Shown: positions 46,761 to 56,817, numbered from the stretch's first letter. The stretch: DNA of 64,000 bases from a virus (IMGVR_UViG_3300021088_000010:451-64450); one strand, 5' to 3'. Numbers and translations are program-made. The notes: generated by a model not told the origin, from the letters alone.

Positions 46761-47052
46761 TCATTCAGGACTCGCCACCTACCATTACGTGGAACTGTGG
46801 GGATTTCATAGTCCAATACCGTCATCTTCATCCCTACTTTACACCGTTCGCACATCATCTACTCCTTATCCCCTGCCTGCTGGCCTGTCCAGTCCTTCTT
46901 CGGCAATGGCATGATTCCTCCTTCTCATTTCCTCGACATAGTGATCCCAACACAGCCAGAGGACTCCATCCAAGCAAACATCCAAAGAGTTCATACATCG
47001 CACCTTCTCACACCTCATTTCTTCACCTCTTGCCCCTCGCCAGCGTCCTCGA

Positions 47053-47433
47053 TCATTCTTGATCTGCCCCTAAATTATTTGGCATGTCATCATAGCCTTC
47101 GCTGATGCGTTCATTTTTCTGAATCGCGTCCCAATCTGGCTCGCCAGCGTCCCCGGCAGGCAGGGGATCGAGCGGTATCGAGCGGATATGCTCTTGGAGG
47201 TCGCCATAGGGATTCGTTGAATCTATCTTCCGCCACCGAAGCCCGCAAGAGCATTTGCCGTAGTCCAAAGGAACGTGTTGCGAAATCTTTTCCTTCATCT
47301 GCTCCTGAGCCATGCGCCAGAGAGCGGCGTCCCGAGCGGCGATTAGTTTTTCGGCTTCATACATCACGGCACCATAAGGAAACTTATTCCTTGCCAATAA
47401 CTCAGCAAACTCCACCGCACTATGCATTGGCAT
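47053..47433 (-). CDS. hypothetical protein
   Basis: AAGGAG RBS. Confidence 0.55.
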   Translation of the reverse strand: MPMHSAVEFAELLARNKFPYGAVMYEAEKLIAARDAALWRMAQEQMKEKISQHVPLDYGKCSCGLRWRKIDSTNPYGDLQEHIRSIPLDPLPAGDAGEPDWDAIQKNERISEGYDDMPNNLGADQE

Positions 47434-47647
47434 CTCCTTCCTTTGGGAGGAGTTCCTTTATGTCTAGCGCGATTGGCCGCCGCTTCACGTCAAACATGCG
47501 AAGCAATCCCCTTACAGCCGCCTGCATATCGGAATAGCTTTCGGGATAGGAAAGATCGGGACGCCACTCTTTATGCCCCGCTATCAAGGTGTCAATGATC
47601 TCATTTTCGAGAGTGCGAAATGGCTCTTTAAGGCTAGGTTTGGCCAT
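47420..47647 (-). CDS. hypothetical protein (start MAKPSL)
   Basis: GGAG RBS within an 18-bp repeat shared with the next gene. Confidence 0.6.
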   Translation of the reverse strand: MAKPSLKEPFRTLENEIIDTLIAGHKEWRPDLSYPESYSDMQAAVRGLLRMFDVKRRPIALDIKELLPKEGDANA

Positions 47648-47861
47648 TTGAATCTCCCCTTTCTCGGGCCGTGAGTGGACGCAAATTTTTCTCGTGTGTT
47701 CTATCTCTGCCAGTCGGCGAATATTCGGCTTCAAACGTGCAACCATGACCTAGGGATGGTTTCGTTCTCAACCAGCACCACGTCGATAAAATACGCACGT
47801 ATGATTTCTTGTAGACCGTCAATTTGACGACCTGCCCCGCTTGAAACTTAGGCTTGGCCAT
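47634..47861 (-). CDS. hypothetical protein
   Basis: MAKPKFQAGQVV; same RBS repeat. Confidence 0.6.
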   Translation of the reverse strand: MAKPKFQAGQVVKLTVYKKSYVRILSTWCWLRTKPSLGHGCTFEAEYSPTGRDRTHEKNLRPLTARERGDSNGQT

Positions 47862-48375
47862 TTGAATCTCCTTTCACGCCAGGAGCGTCATGCCAAGTAT
47901 TCGCACATAGCTCTGATTTGTATTCCGATTCGGACACTCGAACATCGTAGCGAATGGAACGCATTTTAGACCCGCACGCCGGGCAGGCAGCGAAACGGGA
48001 ACCTTCTTTCTGCGAGACGGTAGGAGCGTCCAGAGCGGCGCGAAATCTAGCCAATTTTTCCGCCGCCTCTCTTGCAAACTCTTGATGGTTCGACGGAGAC
48101 TCAATTTCGCGCTTCAAGTAAAATTCCACTGTCGGCGCAACTGCCTCCATCCTCCCGCGCAGGTCGGTTATCTCCGTTTCAAAGGTTCGAGCCCGTTTCA
48201 TCCACAATTCAAGTTGTGCCTCATAGTCTTTAATTCGACCAGTATCGCGTCTTGTCTCAGCATTACACGAGGGGCAAGACTCCTGCGTGGATTGCCATTG
48301 ATGCTTCGCACAGTCACTCATGGCTCTTGTCTCCTTAGGCTGCCGCACGGTGATACGATTCCCCACCGTACTCAT
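47848..48375 (-). CDS. hypothetical protein with zinc-ribbon motifs
   Basis: CPSC, CPACG. Confidence 0.5.
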   Translation of the reverse strand: MSTVGNRITVRQPKETRAMSDCAKHQWQSTQESCPSCNAETRRDTGRIKDYEAQLELWMKRARTFETEITDLRGRMEAVAPTVEFYLKREIESPSNHQEFAREAAEKLARFRAALDAPTVSQKEGSRFAACPACGSKMRSIRYDVRVSESEYKSELCANTWHDAPGVKGDSNGQA

Positions 48376-48411
48376 TGTACAAATCTTCGGGATTCTCTGT
48401 TGTTGGGTCCA

Positions 48412-48687
48412 TTAATCCCTGCCTAACTGGTAACGTCTACGTTGACCACGTTGGCTTGTGTAATACTGCAAGCCCATATCTAAGTTAAGGTCCTTTTCGT
48501 AACGGTAAGTGGGGAACCCGTTATTGGCTTTATTTCTAAGATTTCTCGCACGAATACGTTCCTTCCTAGCTTGGGCCTTTTGAATCATGTGCTTAGCTTC
48601 ATCCGCCGTTTGTGAGAACCAATCATCTTCTTCAATAAACAGCTTAAAGGGATAATCAGCCAGGAATTGCTCTAGGTTACTCATCAC
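48412..48687 (-). CDS. hypothetical protein
   Basis: Overlapping-operon ORF. Confidence 0.5.
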   Translation of the reverse strand: MMSNLEQFLADYPFKLFIEEDDWFSQTADEAKHMIQKAQARKERIRARNLRNKANNGFPTYRYEKDLNLDMGLQYYTSQRGQRRRYQLGRD

Positions 48688-48932
48688 ATGACCTCACTTA
48701 GATTATGCACAATCGTATTCCCCTGCTTAATCTTCCTCTCAGTAACCTCGCAGGCTTCTTTGTAAAAAGCAATATTCCTTGAAAAGCGGCTATCTCCATA
48801 ATTCATCATGGCTAGATGCTTTTCATCATCGCATAGAGCGAAGCCCACAACCATTACTCCATCTTTTTTAGCTGTGCGTACCAAGTGTTCAAGAGCAGCC
48901 AATGTGTCCTCAGGCAATTTGTGGTCGGGCAT
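48684..48932 (-). CDS. hypothetical protein
   Basis: GAGGAG RBS. Confidence 0.55.
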   Translation of the reverse strand: MPDHKLPEDTLAALEHLVRTAKKDGVMVVGFALCDDEKHLAMMNYGDSRFSRNIAFYKEACEVTERKIKQGNTIVHNLSEVM

Positions 48933-49128
48933 CTTTGATCTCCTCAGCTAGTTGCTCTTCCGTTTCAATCACAGGTGTTAGATAGCCTACAAACCATTGA
49001 CTTTTCCACGCTCCTTCAATCCAACATGGATTACTGTACTTCACGACATCGTAATACTTCTCACGTAGCTCCGTATAGGCAGCCTCACGTTCTTCTCTTG
49101 TGTCGAATGATAGGGTGATATAAGCCAT
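48910..49128 (-). CDS. hypothetical protein
   Basis: Operon ORF. Confidence 0.5.
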   Translation of the reverse strand: MAYITLSFDTREEREAAYTELREKYYDVVKYSNPCWIEGAWKSQWFVGYLTPVIETEEQLAEEIKDARPQIA

Positions 49129-49263
49129 TATCTAATCCACTCCTTTGTCTTGGGATCGAATTCTTGTCTACCACGCTTAGCATTACTCTCACGCTGCTTA
49201 GCGCGGTAGTCCTCACGGGAACGTGGATTTTTGCGCTCTCTGTGTGAAACAGTGTTTTTCTTT

Positions 49264-49698
49264 CTAGTGGCCATATGTAATCACCCACACATTATCCAAT
49301 AGAATAGTCTCAATCACAGGCTTAACGTCCACCCACTTCAACCCACCATTACCACAGCCCGGACGTGGTAGAATGAACGTAGTCTCAGCGTCACAAGCTG
49401 CGTAAAACTCTGCTGACTTCTTAATCAACTCAATGTCTGATTTCTCCCACCATACATGCTTTGTGGGAAATGTCATAATAGGCTCCGCTGGCACTCTAAA
49501 CGGAACATTTCCATTCAACTTTATGTGATAGCCTAGTAGATATGGCAACTGTGGAATACGTTGCTTAGCTTCAAGCGCACATCCACGGCCCATGACACAC
49601 TCGCCATTCTTCTTGACAAATCCATTTGTGGTAACTAGAATGACAAAGTTATCCTTGCCATAGTAGTCCCACAAATTACCTTTGATTTCACGCATCAA
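49264..49698 (-). CDS. macro-domain (ADP-ribose processing) protein
   Basis: IKGNLW, TTN...VMGRGCA, FPTK, LPRPGCGNGGLKW. Confidence 0.85.
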   Translation of the reverse strand: MMREIKGNLWDYYGKDNFVILVTTNGFVKKNGECVMGRGCALEAKQRIPQLPYLLGYHIKLNGNVPFRVPAEPIMTFPTKHVWWEKSDIELIKKSAEFYAACDAETTFILPRPGCGNGGLKWVDVKPVIETILLDNVWVITYGH

Positions 49699-49877
49699 TC
49701 CACCTTAATCCCACACTGGCGCATGAATACACAATCTTCTGCCGTCAATCTGATCACAGGCTGTTTCTTAAACTCTTGTAGAGACTTTACAGCAGCTTTG
49801 TACACAGCCATATCCCTATCAAAGTCCTCACGCCACTGCTCAATGTTGAAATCCGCGTCTTCACTCATATGCGACAC
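49695..49877 (-). CDS. hypothetical protein
   Basis: Overlaps the start of the macro-domain gene. Confidence 0.45.
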   Translation of the reverse strand: MSHMSEDADFNIEQWREDFDRDMAVYKAAVKSLQEFKKQPVIRLTAEDCVFMRQCGIKVD

Positions 49878-50040
49878 TCACATATTCTGATTTCAAGTCC
49901 GGGTGCATCACGCTTAAGCTCTTTCGCTGCGTCTGCTGCATCATTAACATCTTCGTGATAGCCCAAACTAACGTATGGGGTAGTAAATTCTTCATCTCTT
50001 GACAGCGGCTTTACTCTATAAGCAAGCTCATACGTTATTT

Positions 50041-50439
50041 TCACAACACACGCTCCATGTTAACAGGCATGAATGGTGACACATACTTCTCCTGTTCCAC
50101 AGGCTCAGCTTGAGGTGCATCAGTCGTGACTTCTTCCTCAATTTCATGCCTAACACGCCGCCAGAGTGATTTCCTCTCATCCCTTAACTCTTTGATAAGA
50201 TACTTGAATTTACCTTCCAATGTGAGGCAATCCAGCCCGCGTATAAACTTATGCTCTACATAGCTGGATAGTTGAGATTGATATCCCACTAATTCTTCAA
50301 TCTTGGCGTCAATCTCTTCCAACCTATCCTTTTGGGTGCAAATCCATCTGTAAGAAACTTCCTTGCGCCTGGTAATCTCAGCCATATCGCCTCCGATGCC
50401 GCATCCTTTATAACGCGCCGTCTCAAAATGAGACGCCAA
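50041..50439 (-). CDS. hypothetical protein
   Basis: Likely start MAEITR with GGAGG RBS. Confidence 0.55.
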   Translation of the reverse strand: MASHFETARYKGCGIGGDMAEITRRKEVSYRWICTQKDRLEEIDAKIEELVGYQSQLSSYVEHKFIRGLDCLTLEGKFKYLIKELRDERKSLWRRVRHEIEEEVTTDAPQAEPVEQEKYVSPFMPVNMERVL

Positions 50440-50484
50440 CCGCGCCGTTCACCGACCAGAAAAATTCGCTCGCCCCGTTGTTAC

Positions 50485-50724
50485 CTATTCAGTTAAGACA
50501 CAAGTCTCAGCTTGGCAGCACATTTCGCGCAGCGTGTGCTGGTATCTTATCATGGTACAATTCACAACAGGTACTCTGCTGTGATTATCCGTGCTACTAG
50601 CTATGCGATCAGCACAGCTACTCAAGCCGATAAAGACAAGCACCAGCACAATAACAAATAATCCATCTTTACTCATGTAATCCTCAGTCATTGAATTCTC
50701 AATTCTACTCAACTTGATCCCCAC
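50485..50724 (-). CDS. putative lipoprotein
   Basis: Hydrophobic segment ending LSSC. Confidence 0.45.
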   Translation of the reverse strand: MGIKLSRIENSMTEDYMSKDGLFVIVLVLVFIGLSSCADRIASSTDNHSRVPVVNCTMIRYQHTLREMCCQAETCVLTE

Positions 50725-50759
50725 GGGACTTCAAGATGAGTAGAACAGAACATTCAACT

Positions 50760-51134
50760 CTACAACTTACAGGTAACTTCCGTCCAGGTATTCACATACT
50801 CTGGAGCTGTTGAAACTGTTCCATCCACCACAGGCGAACCACCGTTATGGCATACAAAGTACTTATACGCCGCAAAAGCACCCAAGTTACGGGATTCCTT
50901 GGGCAAGAGTGTGAACGTAGTTCCTGTGATGCCGGGCTGAACAAATCGAACAATGACTACAAAATCATTGTTATTCGTAATCTGGAATGTGGGAGTTGAT
51001 CCGTTGTAGCCAATCTGGATAACTTTCACATCACCATCTCCATCTGGGGCAATATCCTTAGTTTGGGCTCCGACCAACGTCCCAATCCCTGCAAGAGCTA
51101 GTACCATCAAAGCTGTCTTGATCTTGTTGTTCAA
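50760..51134 (-). CDS. secreted hypothetical protein
   Basis: Signal peptide MNNKIKTALMVLALAG; AGGAG RBS. Confidence 0.6.
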   Translation of the reverse strand: MNNKIKTALMVLALAGIGTLVGAQTKDIAPDGDGDVKVIQIGYNGSTPTFQITNNNDFVVIVRFVQPGITGTTFTLLPKESRNLGAFAAYKYFVCHNGGSPVVDGTVSTAPEYVNTWTEVTCKL

Positions 51135-52116
51135 GTGTTCTCCTATTTAGTTTATTTGTTACTACAACTTAGTCTAGTACACTCGTTTTGTCATATGAAC
51201 AAACAGTAGCCCTGTAATAAAGCCCGCAGCCATTGGATTCCACCAGTTGTAGACGGGCATTGATAGGAACATACAGCCGAGGTTAAGTCCTATTAAAAAT
51301 GAGTATATTAAAACAGCGCGCATGTTACTCCTTTCTAGCGTGATAATGCCCGCCAATCTCCATAATAGTATCAATTCCAGCCTTCCACATCTCATAACTT
51401 CGAGACTGCTCGCAGAATTCTTGGTGTATCTTAATCATGAGCGTAGACCAAAACTCGTTCAACTCCCGCTCACTGTAATCAGTCAAATCTCTCATCCCGT
51501 CCAAGCCTCTCAAAGAACTCAGCACATAAAATCAAGTAGTAAACTAAAAGCATGTCAGCCACAAAGTTCCTAAAGCTGAACTCCCCACGCCTGCTATCGT
51601 AGCTAGCCTCTACCAAGTAGGGCTTATGTGATGTCATCGAAGTCCTGCCTATGTAACGGGCATAGCTTTACCCAGTTATCCAGCTTAGACTGCCCATGCT
51701 GCTTGATGTAATGGCACCAGTCATGGCCTTCTCGATCTGCTTGTTTAGGGCACCAATGAAAACACTGACTATCTGAAATCAGCTTACCGTATTTAGATTG
51801 GCTCATGTCCAACTCCTAGTACATCCGCTAGAGCACAGCCCTGATGATCTATGCTCTAACAGGGGACTAGGCCAGTTCTCTTACCCTATCAACAACGTGT
51901 TGCCAGAGTTCATGCTGGACTTGATGCAACCTTGCCATATCCCTAAGCGTAACAGGATTAAGCACATCAGCCCGGCTAAACCCCTTGTCCATCCGTTCCT
52001 TACACTGAACAGCCAATCGCTTGGCTATTCGATTAGCGAATGAAATACGCAATTTCATGGTGCGTAGACCTAGTTCACGCTGAAAAGCAGGCATAGGCAA
52101 AGACATTGACGGCATG

Positions 52117-52272
52117 TTATTTTCCCTCCATTGTGCAAGCTATGAATCGTGCTGTGATGTTCAAGCTACTATCTTGGCACTCGTCATTTGGATCGCTTAT
52201 AACCTGATTAGCCCAATACAACAAGCCAACCGTAATCAAGAAGCAAACTAACGCTATTCTAATCAATCGCAT
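52117..52272 (-). CDS. small membrane protein (51 aa)
   Basis: Translated by hand: MRLIRIALVCFLITVGLLYWANQ... Confidence 0.5.
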   Translation of the reverse strand: MRLIRIALVCFLITVGLLYWANQVISDPNDECQDSSLNITARFIACTMEGK

Positions 52273-52482
52273 AGTCTGAATCCTTTCAAACCCAGACGTT
52301 GGGCAGCCTCAGAGAAGGTTATGTTTTGCGATAAAGCAAACTCGTTAATACGCTCTTGACAACGCTGACACAAAACAATGCGACCGACCAAACCAAGAAT
52401 CAAAGTCTTACGTGGACACATTTGACACTGCGCTTGCGTCACAGCTGCGCTCCTCTCGACTACTAGGACCCTTTGGGGTGGG

Positions 52483-52821
52483 TTAATTCACAAACTCAAT
52501 TTCATCGCCTTGCTCTGCAAAGATAGCCTTTAGCCTGGTTTCACGTACCGCGTCACTTATTTGGTCGTTGTCATTGGCATTGTAGGCCGGTCCAATCATA
52601 TTCCTAGTATCCCTCATCCAGCTAGGGAATAGTGTACAATTTGGGTCATCTTTATAGTTCATTTCAACTATATCTGAGCGATTCAATATGGCAGAGTCAG
52701 GTATACCGCATTGCTGCGCTACGAAACCGATGCAGCATCGTGTACCATCTTCGCGAAGTAGTGAACTTGTATCACTGCCATGCCCACGATACCACGTTCG
52801 CCTGTCTACAATGAATTTCAT
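52483..52821 (-). CDS. hypothetical early protein
   Basis: GGGAG RBS; WYRG...SSLL...RCCIG. Confidence 0.65.
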   Translation of the reverse strand: MKFIVDRRTWYRGHGSDTSSLLREDGTRCCIGFVAQQCGIPDSAILNRSDIVEMNYKDDPNCTLFPSWMRDTRNMIGPAYNANDNDQISDAVRETRLKAIFAEQGDEIEFVN

Positions 52822-52845
52822 GTTTATCTCCCTTACTAGGACTGG

Positions 52846-53103
52846 CTAATCAACCCACAACCAAATCGTCGCATCCAGTACAAACTCCAACACCATCAAA
52901 CCAAAGGCTATAATCCTCATCATGGCAGGATCACCGCGATGTAACCTAGCATCCCAAGAGCAAAGATGCTAAGAGCGATGAACAAGCCCATAGTGTACCG
53001 CTCGGCTAGGTTCATGTCAATCCTCCTGTGAAACAAACGCTAACAGCGTGTAGAACACCAAAAATGGGATTAATACATATACCACAGCATCGGTAAAGTC
53101 CAT
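52846..53103 (-). CDS. three consecutive 25-31 aa single-TM peptides (53017-53103, 52920-53015, 52846-52923)
   Basis: Translated by hand; AGGAGG RBS for the first two, ATGA coupling for the third. Confidence 0.55.
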
Positions 53104-53325
53104 TGTTATCCTCCTACGGACAAGGCCAGGTGTGTATTGGTTCGCTGGCCTCTACCGTTGAGGGACAACTAAGCCCGTAATTCCCTAAGCCGCATGTTTA
53201 TCTCTTCTTGACGCGGCAGCCATCGCGGGGACAAGAACTCCATCACAAGTGAATAAATCTTACTCATGGTGTTGCCTCCTAGGTACATCACCAAAGGGAG
53301 TATTGCTACTCCCTTTGAGGGGTAC

Positions 53326-53652
53326 CTAGGCAGATGCCTGTTTGCCGTATCCGGCGGGGATGCCCAATTCCTTGATGCCATTCTTGAACGAAACCCCATT
53401 GTCCCGGTTATCTGAGATAAACTGAATCATGGGTGACGTGAGCATGTCCGTGATGGGCAGGCCAGTGGTATGTTCCAACACCTTGATCCAAGTCTCGGCA
53501 TACAGCGTGACCGGGAATCGTCCTGTCCCGTACATGCTGATGCCACCTTTCTCAGCCACCTTGAACGACAGGCTAGGTGCCTTGCCCGTTCGCTTGCCTG
53601 CCTCTAGCTCCGCGATGCGTGCTATTAACTCATCGTACGTTGGATTCGCCAT
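53326..53652 (-). CDS. hypothetical early protein
   Basis: AGGAG RBS; KVAEKGGISMYGTGRFPVTLY. Confidence 0.7.
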   Translation of the reverse strand: MANPTYDELIARIAELEAGKRTGKAPSLSFKVAEKGGISMYGTGRFPVTLYAETWIKVLEHTTGLPITDMLTSPMIQFISDNRDNGVSFKNGIKELGIPAGYGKQASA

Positions 53653-54550
53653 TGCTATTCTCCTAAGCCGCCATTGCTAACCCGTCGGCGCTCAATTGCT
53701 CGCCCGGTTGCCGTTTGCGGCGGATACACTCATCAGAATTTCTCGGCGCGACCGCTGTTGAGTACATCGAACGCTATACTCATAAGAATATAGCGTGCGG
53801 ATACTCACATCTGTCCCAGATAACTCTCAGCCCAATCCCGAATACGCATAAGCTGTGCCCACCCATCTTCAATCGCCTCAGGTACGGGATCACCATCTGT
53901 GTCATAGATACGACGCAGGTTAGCGAATCTGTTAACCGCTGGTGATAGTGTAACTGCGATGTCCATCTCGACCATAACCGTCACCTCACTGTGGTATCTC
54001 GTTGCGACTATTGCGCTTGCCGCTTGCACCCTCCAGAAAAACTCGGCGGAGCCGTTGAAGGCGATGTTGCAAGCAAAGGAATACTAAAAGTGGAAACAAT
54101 AATGGCTAAAAGGATGCCTTGATTCACAGTAATGATGATGCGGCCCCGGCAAAATATTGAAAAATCGAAACTTATGGCACATAGTGTTGTTGTAACTAGG
54201 CAACTTATAGTCATTTGACATCAATAACATACGGACATAGCCTTTTGGCCTAGGTGGGTGTGGTCCTCCGCTCGGATGAAAAAGGGTGGTAGGCCGTACC
54301 ATGCTCATTCTAAACAGGATACGGCTTTTATTATGAGACCTAGCTAAGTGTCCATAAGCTATTGATTAGGCTAGACTTAACGCGGCGTGGCTCGCAAAGG
54401 CAGCTCGCTCTTGTATTTGATCCACCCACTGGGTCCTCAGGGGACCGCCGTAGCCGTCAGGCGGGAGGCGGGCCGTATACATCTCGGCTAGTAGTACACT
54501 GGCGTAGCCTTTTCTCTTTCTTTGGTTACTTTCTTTCTCTTTTAATGCTG

Positions 54551-54591
54551 GTAAGTCCTTTGTTTACGTAAATGAAAAGTACTAGTACTTT
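54551..54591. promoter_or_regulatory. conserved box with palindrome AAAGTACTAGTACTTT, copy 2
   Basis: Same layout as 34513..34551. Confidence 0.65.
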
Positions 54592-54629
54592 ATTTATTTT
54601 TTAAGTGATGTATCCAAAGGACTTAGGCG

Positions 54630-54662
54630 TGACACTAAAACCCTTATTTTTCGTATAATTAA
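54630..54662 (+). promoter_or_regulatory. ECF-type late promoter upstream of terminase
   Basis: TGACAC-N16-CGTATAATTAA. Confidence 0.75.
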
Positions 54663-54834
54663 GTATAAAGACTTTTCGATACTTAATCATACTACGGTGC
54701 TTCGCGTTCCGCTACCGTTTACACTAGCGCGGAAGCTTCAGGCCGTTTGGACGTATTTGCGAGGGGTGTATTTTGATTTTTGCTTATCTATTCTTGGCTG
54801 TTATGATTTGGGATTGTACTCTAGGGGTATACCA

Positions 54835-55272
54835 GTGGCTAAAGAAGGTAAGGTAGAACTCTGGTACACTGACGCCACTGAGCTAATGGCTAGGACTGGT
54901 ATGACCTTGCAGGAAGCTCTTACTGAGCTAGGCATACCTATGACCTCAGTAGAGTGTAACGCTATTATAAGGCGTAAGAGCTTTAATCGTGTCTTATGGG
55001 AAGCCCGTCATCGGTACTTCAATCAGCTAGCTAATGACCCGAACTTTAAGAAAGACACGATTATCGGTAAACTGGTATCGCTTGCCCAACGGCTTGAAGA
55101 TGAGGGTAACTTCGATAAGGCGGCAGAGGCTACACTTAAAGCCGCGAAGGTTGCGGGCTTTGTTGGCCCTGAATCGACTGTTAGTGTCTTTGGGGAACTC
55201 AGTCAAGCTGATCTAGATGCCATTCGTAAAAAGGTAGAAGAGGGCGCAATTGGGAAGTCAAGACCAAACTAA
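54835..55272 (+). CDS. putative terminase small subunit
   Basis: Overlaps the large terminase start; HTH-like N-terminus; likely GTG start at 54835. Confidence 0.65.
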   Translation: MAKEGKVELWYTDATELMARTGMTLQEALTELGIPMTSVECNAIIRRKSFNRVLWEARHRYFNQLANDPNFKKDTIIGKLVSLAQRLEDEGNFDKAAEATLKAAKVAGFVGPESTVSVFGELSQADLDAIRKKVEEGAIGKSRPN

Positions 55273-56812
55273 GGTCAAACAGGCTCTTGAGGAGCTAAAC
55301 AGGCTCCAACCCTCTGAACAGCTTGAGGCAGTTAAGCTACTTCAGGAACGTAGGATTAAGAAGAGTTACGTTAAGTACTTTAAGCCGTGGTCTGAACAGG
55401 CTGCGGCGCTTAAGAAGTTCACTAAGGACATTAAGGTTTTAGGGCTACTCGGAGGGAACCGAAGTGGTAAAACGATTCTGGGCGCGTTTATCTGCGTTGC
55501 TTGGTGCCTTGGCAAGGACTACTTCCAAGGTGAGCCAGCTTGGGAGTGGGTTAAGGACCTACCGATTCCTAAAGGTCCTGTTAATGTGTGGGTTGTCGGG
55601 GTCGATTTTCCTACACTTCGGGACGTTATTTGGCATGAAAAGCTTAGGTATGGAAAGACTCACCCTGCTTTTCTCCCTGATGATCCTAGTGTTATTGCAA
55701 ATGTCAAAGACAACGACTTCCAGATATTCTTCAAGAATGGGACGATTCTAACTGGGAAGTCGGCTGAAGCTGGAAGAGAAAAGTTCCAAGGCGCTTCTGT
55801 TGACCTTATCTGGATAGATGAAGAGTGTGAGAAGCAAGTCTACGACGAGTGCTACCAAAGAACAATTGATTGTTCAGGTAAAATCCTCCTCACGCAGACT
55901 CCTCTTACCGATATTAATTCGGGCGTTAAAGACCCCTGGGTATTCGACCTCTATGAAGACTGGCTGGCGGGTAACAAAAACCTAGAGTTCTGTCAGTTGT
56001 CGATGTTGAATAGTCCTTTTATCAGTGACAAGGACAAAGAAGAGGCTAGAAACAAATGGGCAGGTGATCCAGAAGAGGATGCCCGGCTATATGGAAAGTT
56101 TGTCAGACGCTCTGGATTGGTATATTCGCTGTGGTCGAATACTGTTCACCTTGTTAAGCCTTTTGCTGTACCTCAGTATTGGTCTCGCATTGTTTCTATT
56201 GATCCTGCCGCTACTGGTATTACCGCAGGTCTCTGGATTGCAGTCAACCCTGAGGGAGATTATTTCGCTTTTCGAGAGTACTATGAACGGGAGCGAACAG
56301 TAAGCGAGCACGCGAAGTCTTTGATGATGCTTGTTTCTGGTGAGCCTGTTGACTATTGGCTCTTGGACCCGTACTGGGGTGGACAACGAAATGCTGAAAC
56401 ACATAAAGATGGAGCCCAACTGTACAGGGAAGCCGGAATCCCTGTACGACTACCTGATGTTGGGAAAGAAGGATATGCTGTCAACGTATCGAGAGAGTAT
56501 ATCAATGCGACCGTTACTCCAGGCAGTAGACATCCGAAGTTTTACTGCTTTGAAGGCCTCCCGCATTTCCTCCACGAAATAACCCATTATACCTATGACA
56601 TGTTCACCAAGGGTGAGCAGAGGGGCTTGAGTAAAGAGAAACCCCGAAAGCGTAACGACCACCTAATGAACGCTATGCAATACGCTATGTGCTTGCGATT
56701 AAAAGGTGGGAAGGGTAAGGTCAGGAAGAGATTAGAAGCACAGGACGCGGAGTGGTTTGAGTTGTTTTCAGAAGATCAGAATAAAAGAAATTCTAATAGT
56801 TCGTATACGTAG
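55250..56812 (+). CDS. terL: terminase large subunit
   Basis: GGNRSGKT Walker A, LIWIDEE Walker B, TQTP, SIDPA, DHLMNAMQY nuclease motifs. Confidence 0.95.
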   Translation: MGSQDQTKVKQALEELNRLQPSEQLEAVKLLQERRIKKSYVKYFKPWSEQAAALKKFTKDIKVLGLLGGNRSGKTILGAFICVAWCLGKDYFQGEPAWEWVKDLPIPKGPVNVWVVGVDFPTLRDVIWHEKLRYGKTHPAFLPDDPSVIANVKDNDFQIFFKNGTILTGKSAEAGREKFQGASVDLIWIDEECEKQVYDECYQRTIDCSGKILLTQTPLTDINSGVKDPWVFDLYEDWLAGNKNLEFCQLSMLNSPFISDKDKEEARNKWAGDPEEDARLYGKFVRRSGLVYSLWSNTVHLVKPFAVPQYWSRIVSIDPAATGITAGLWIAVNPEGDYFAFREYYERERTVSEHAKSLMMLVSGEPVDYWLLDPYWGGQRNAETHKDGAQLYREAGIPVRLPDVGKEGYAVNVSREYINATVTPGSRHPKFYCFEGLPHFLHEITHYTYDMFTKGEQRGLSKEKPRKRNDHLMNAMQYAMCLRLKGGKGKVRKRLEAQDAEWFELFSEDQNKRNSNSSYT

Positions 56813-56817
56813 GAGGG

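Noticed and set aside
53700-54550. Early host-sigma promoter and genome terminus/pac site
   Set aside because: Expected here from gene orientation, but I could not pin a convincing -35/-10 pair or terminal repeat.
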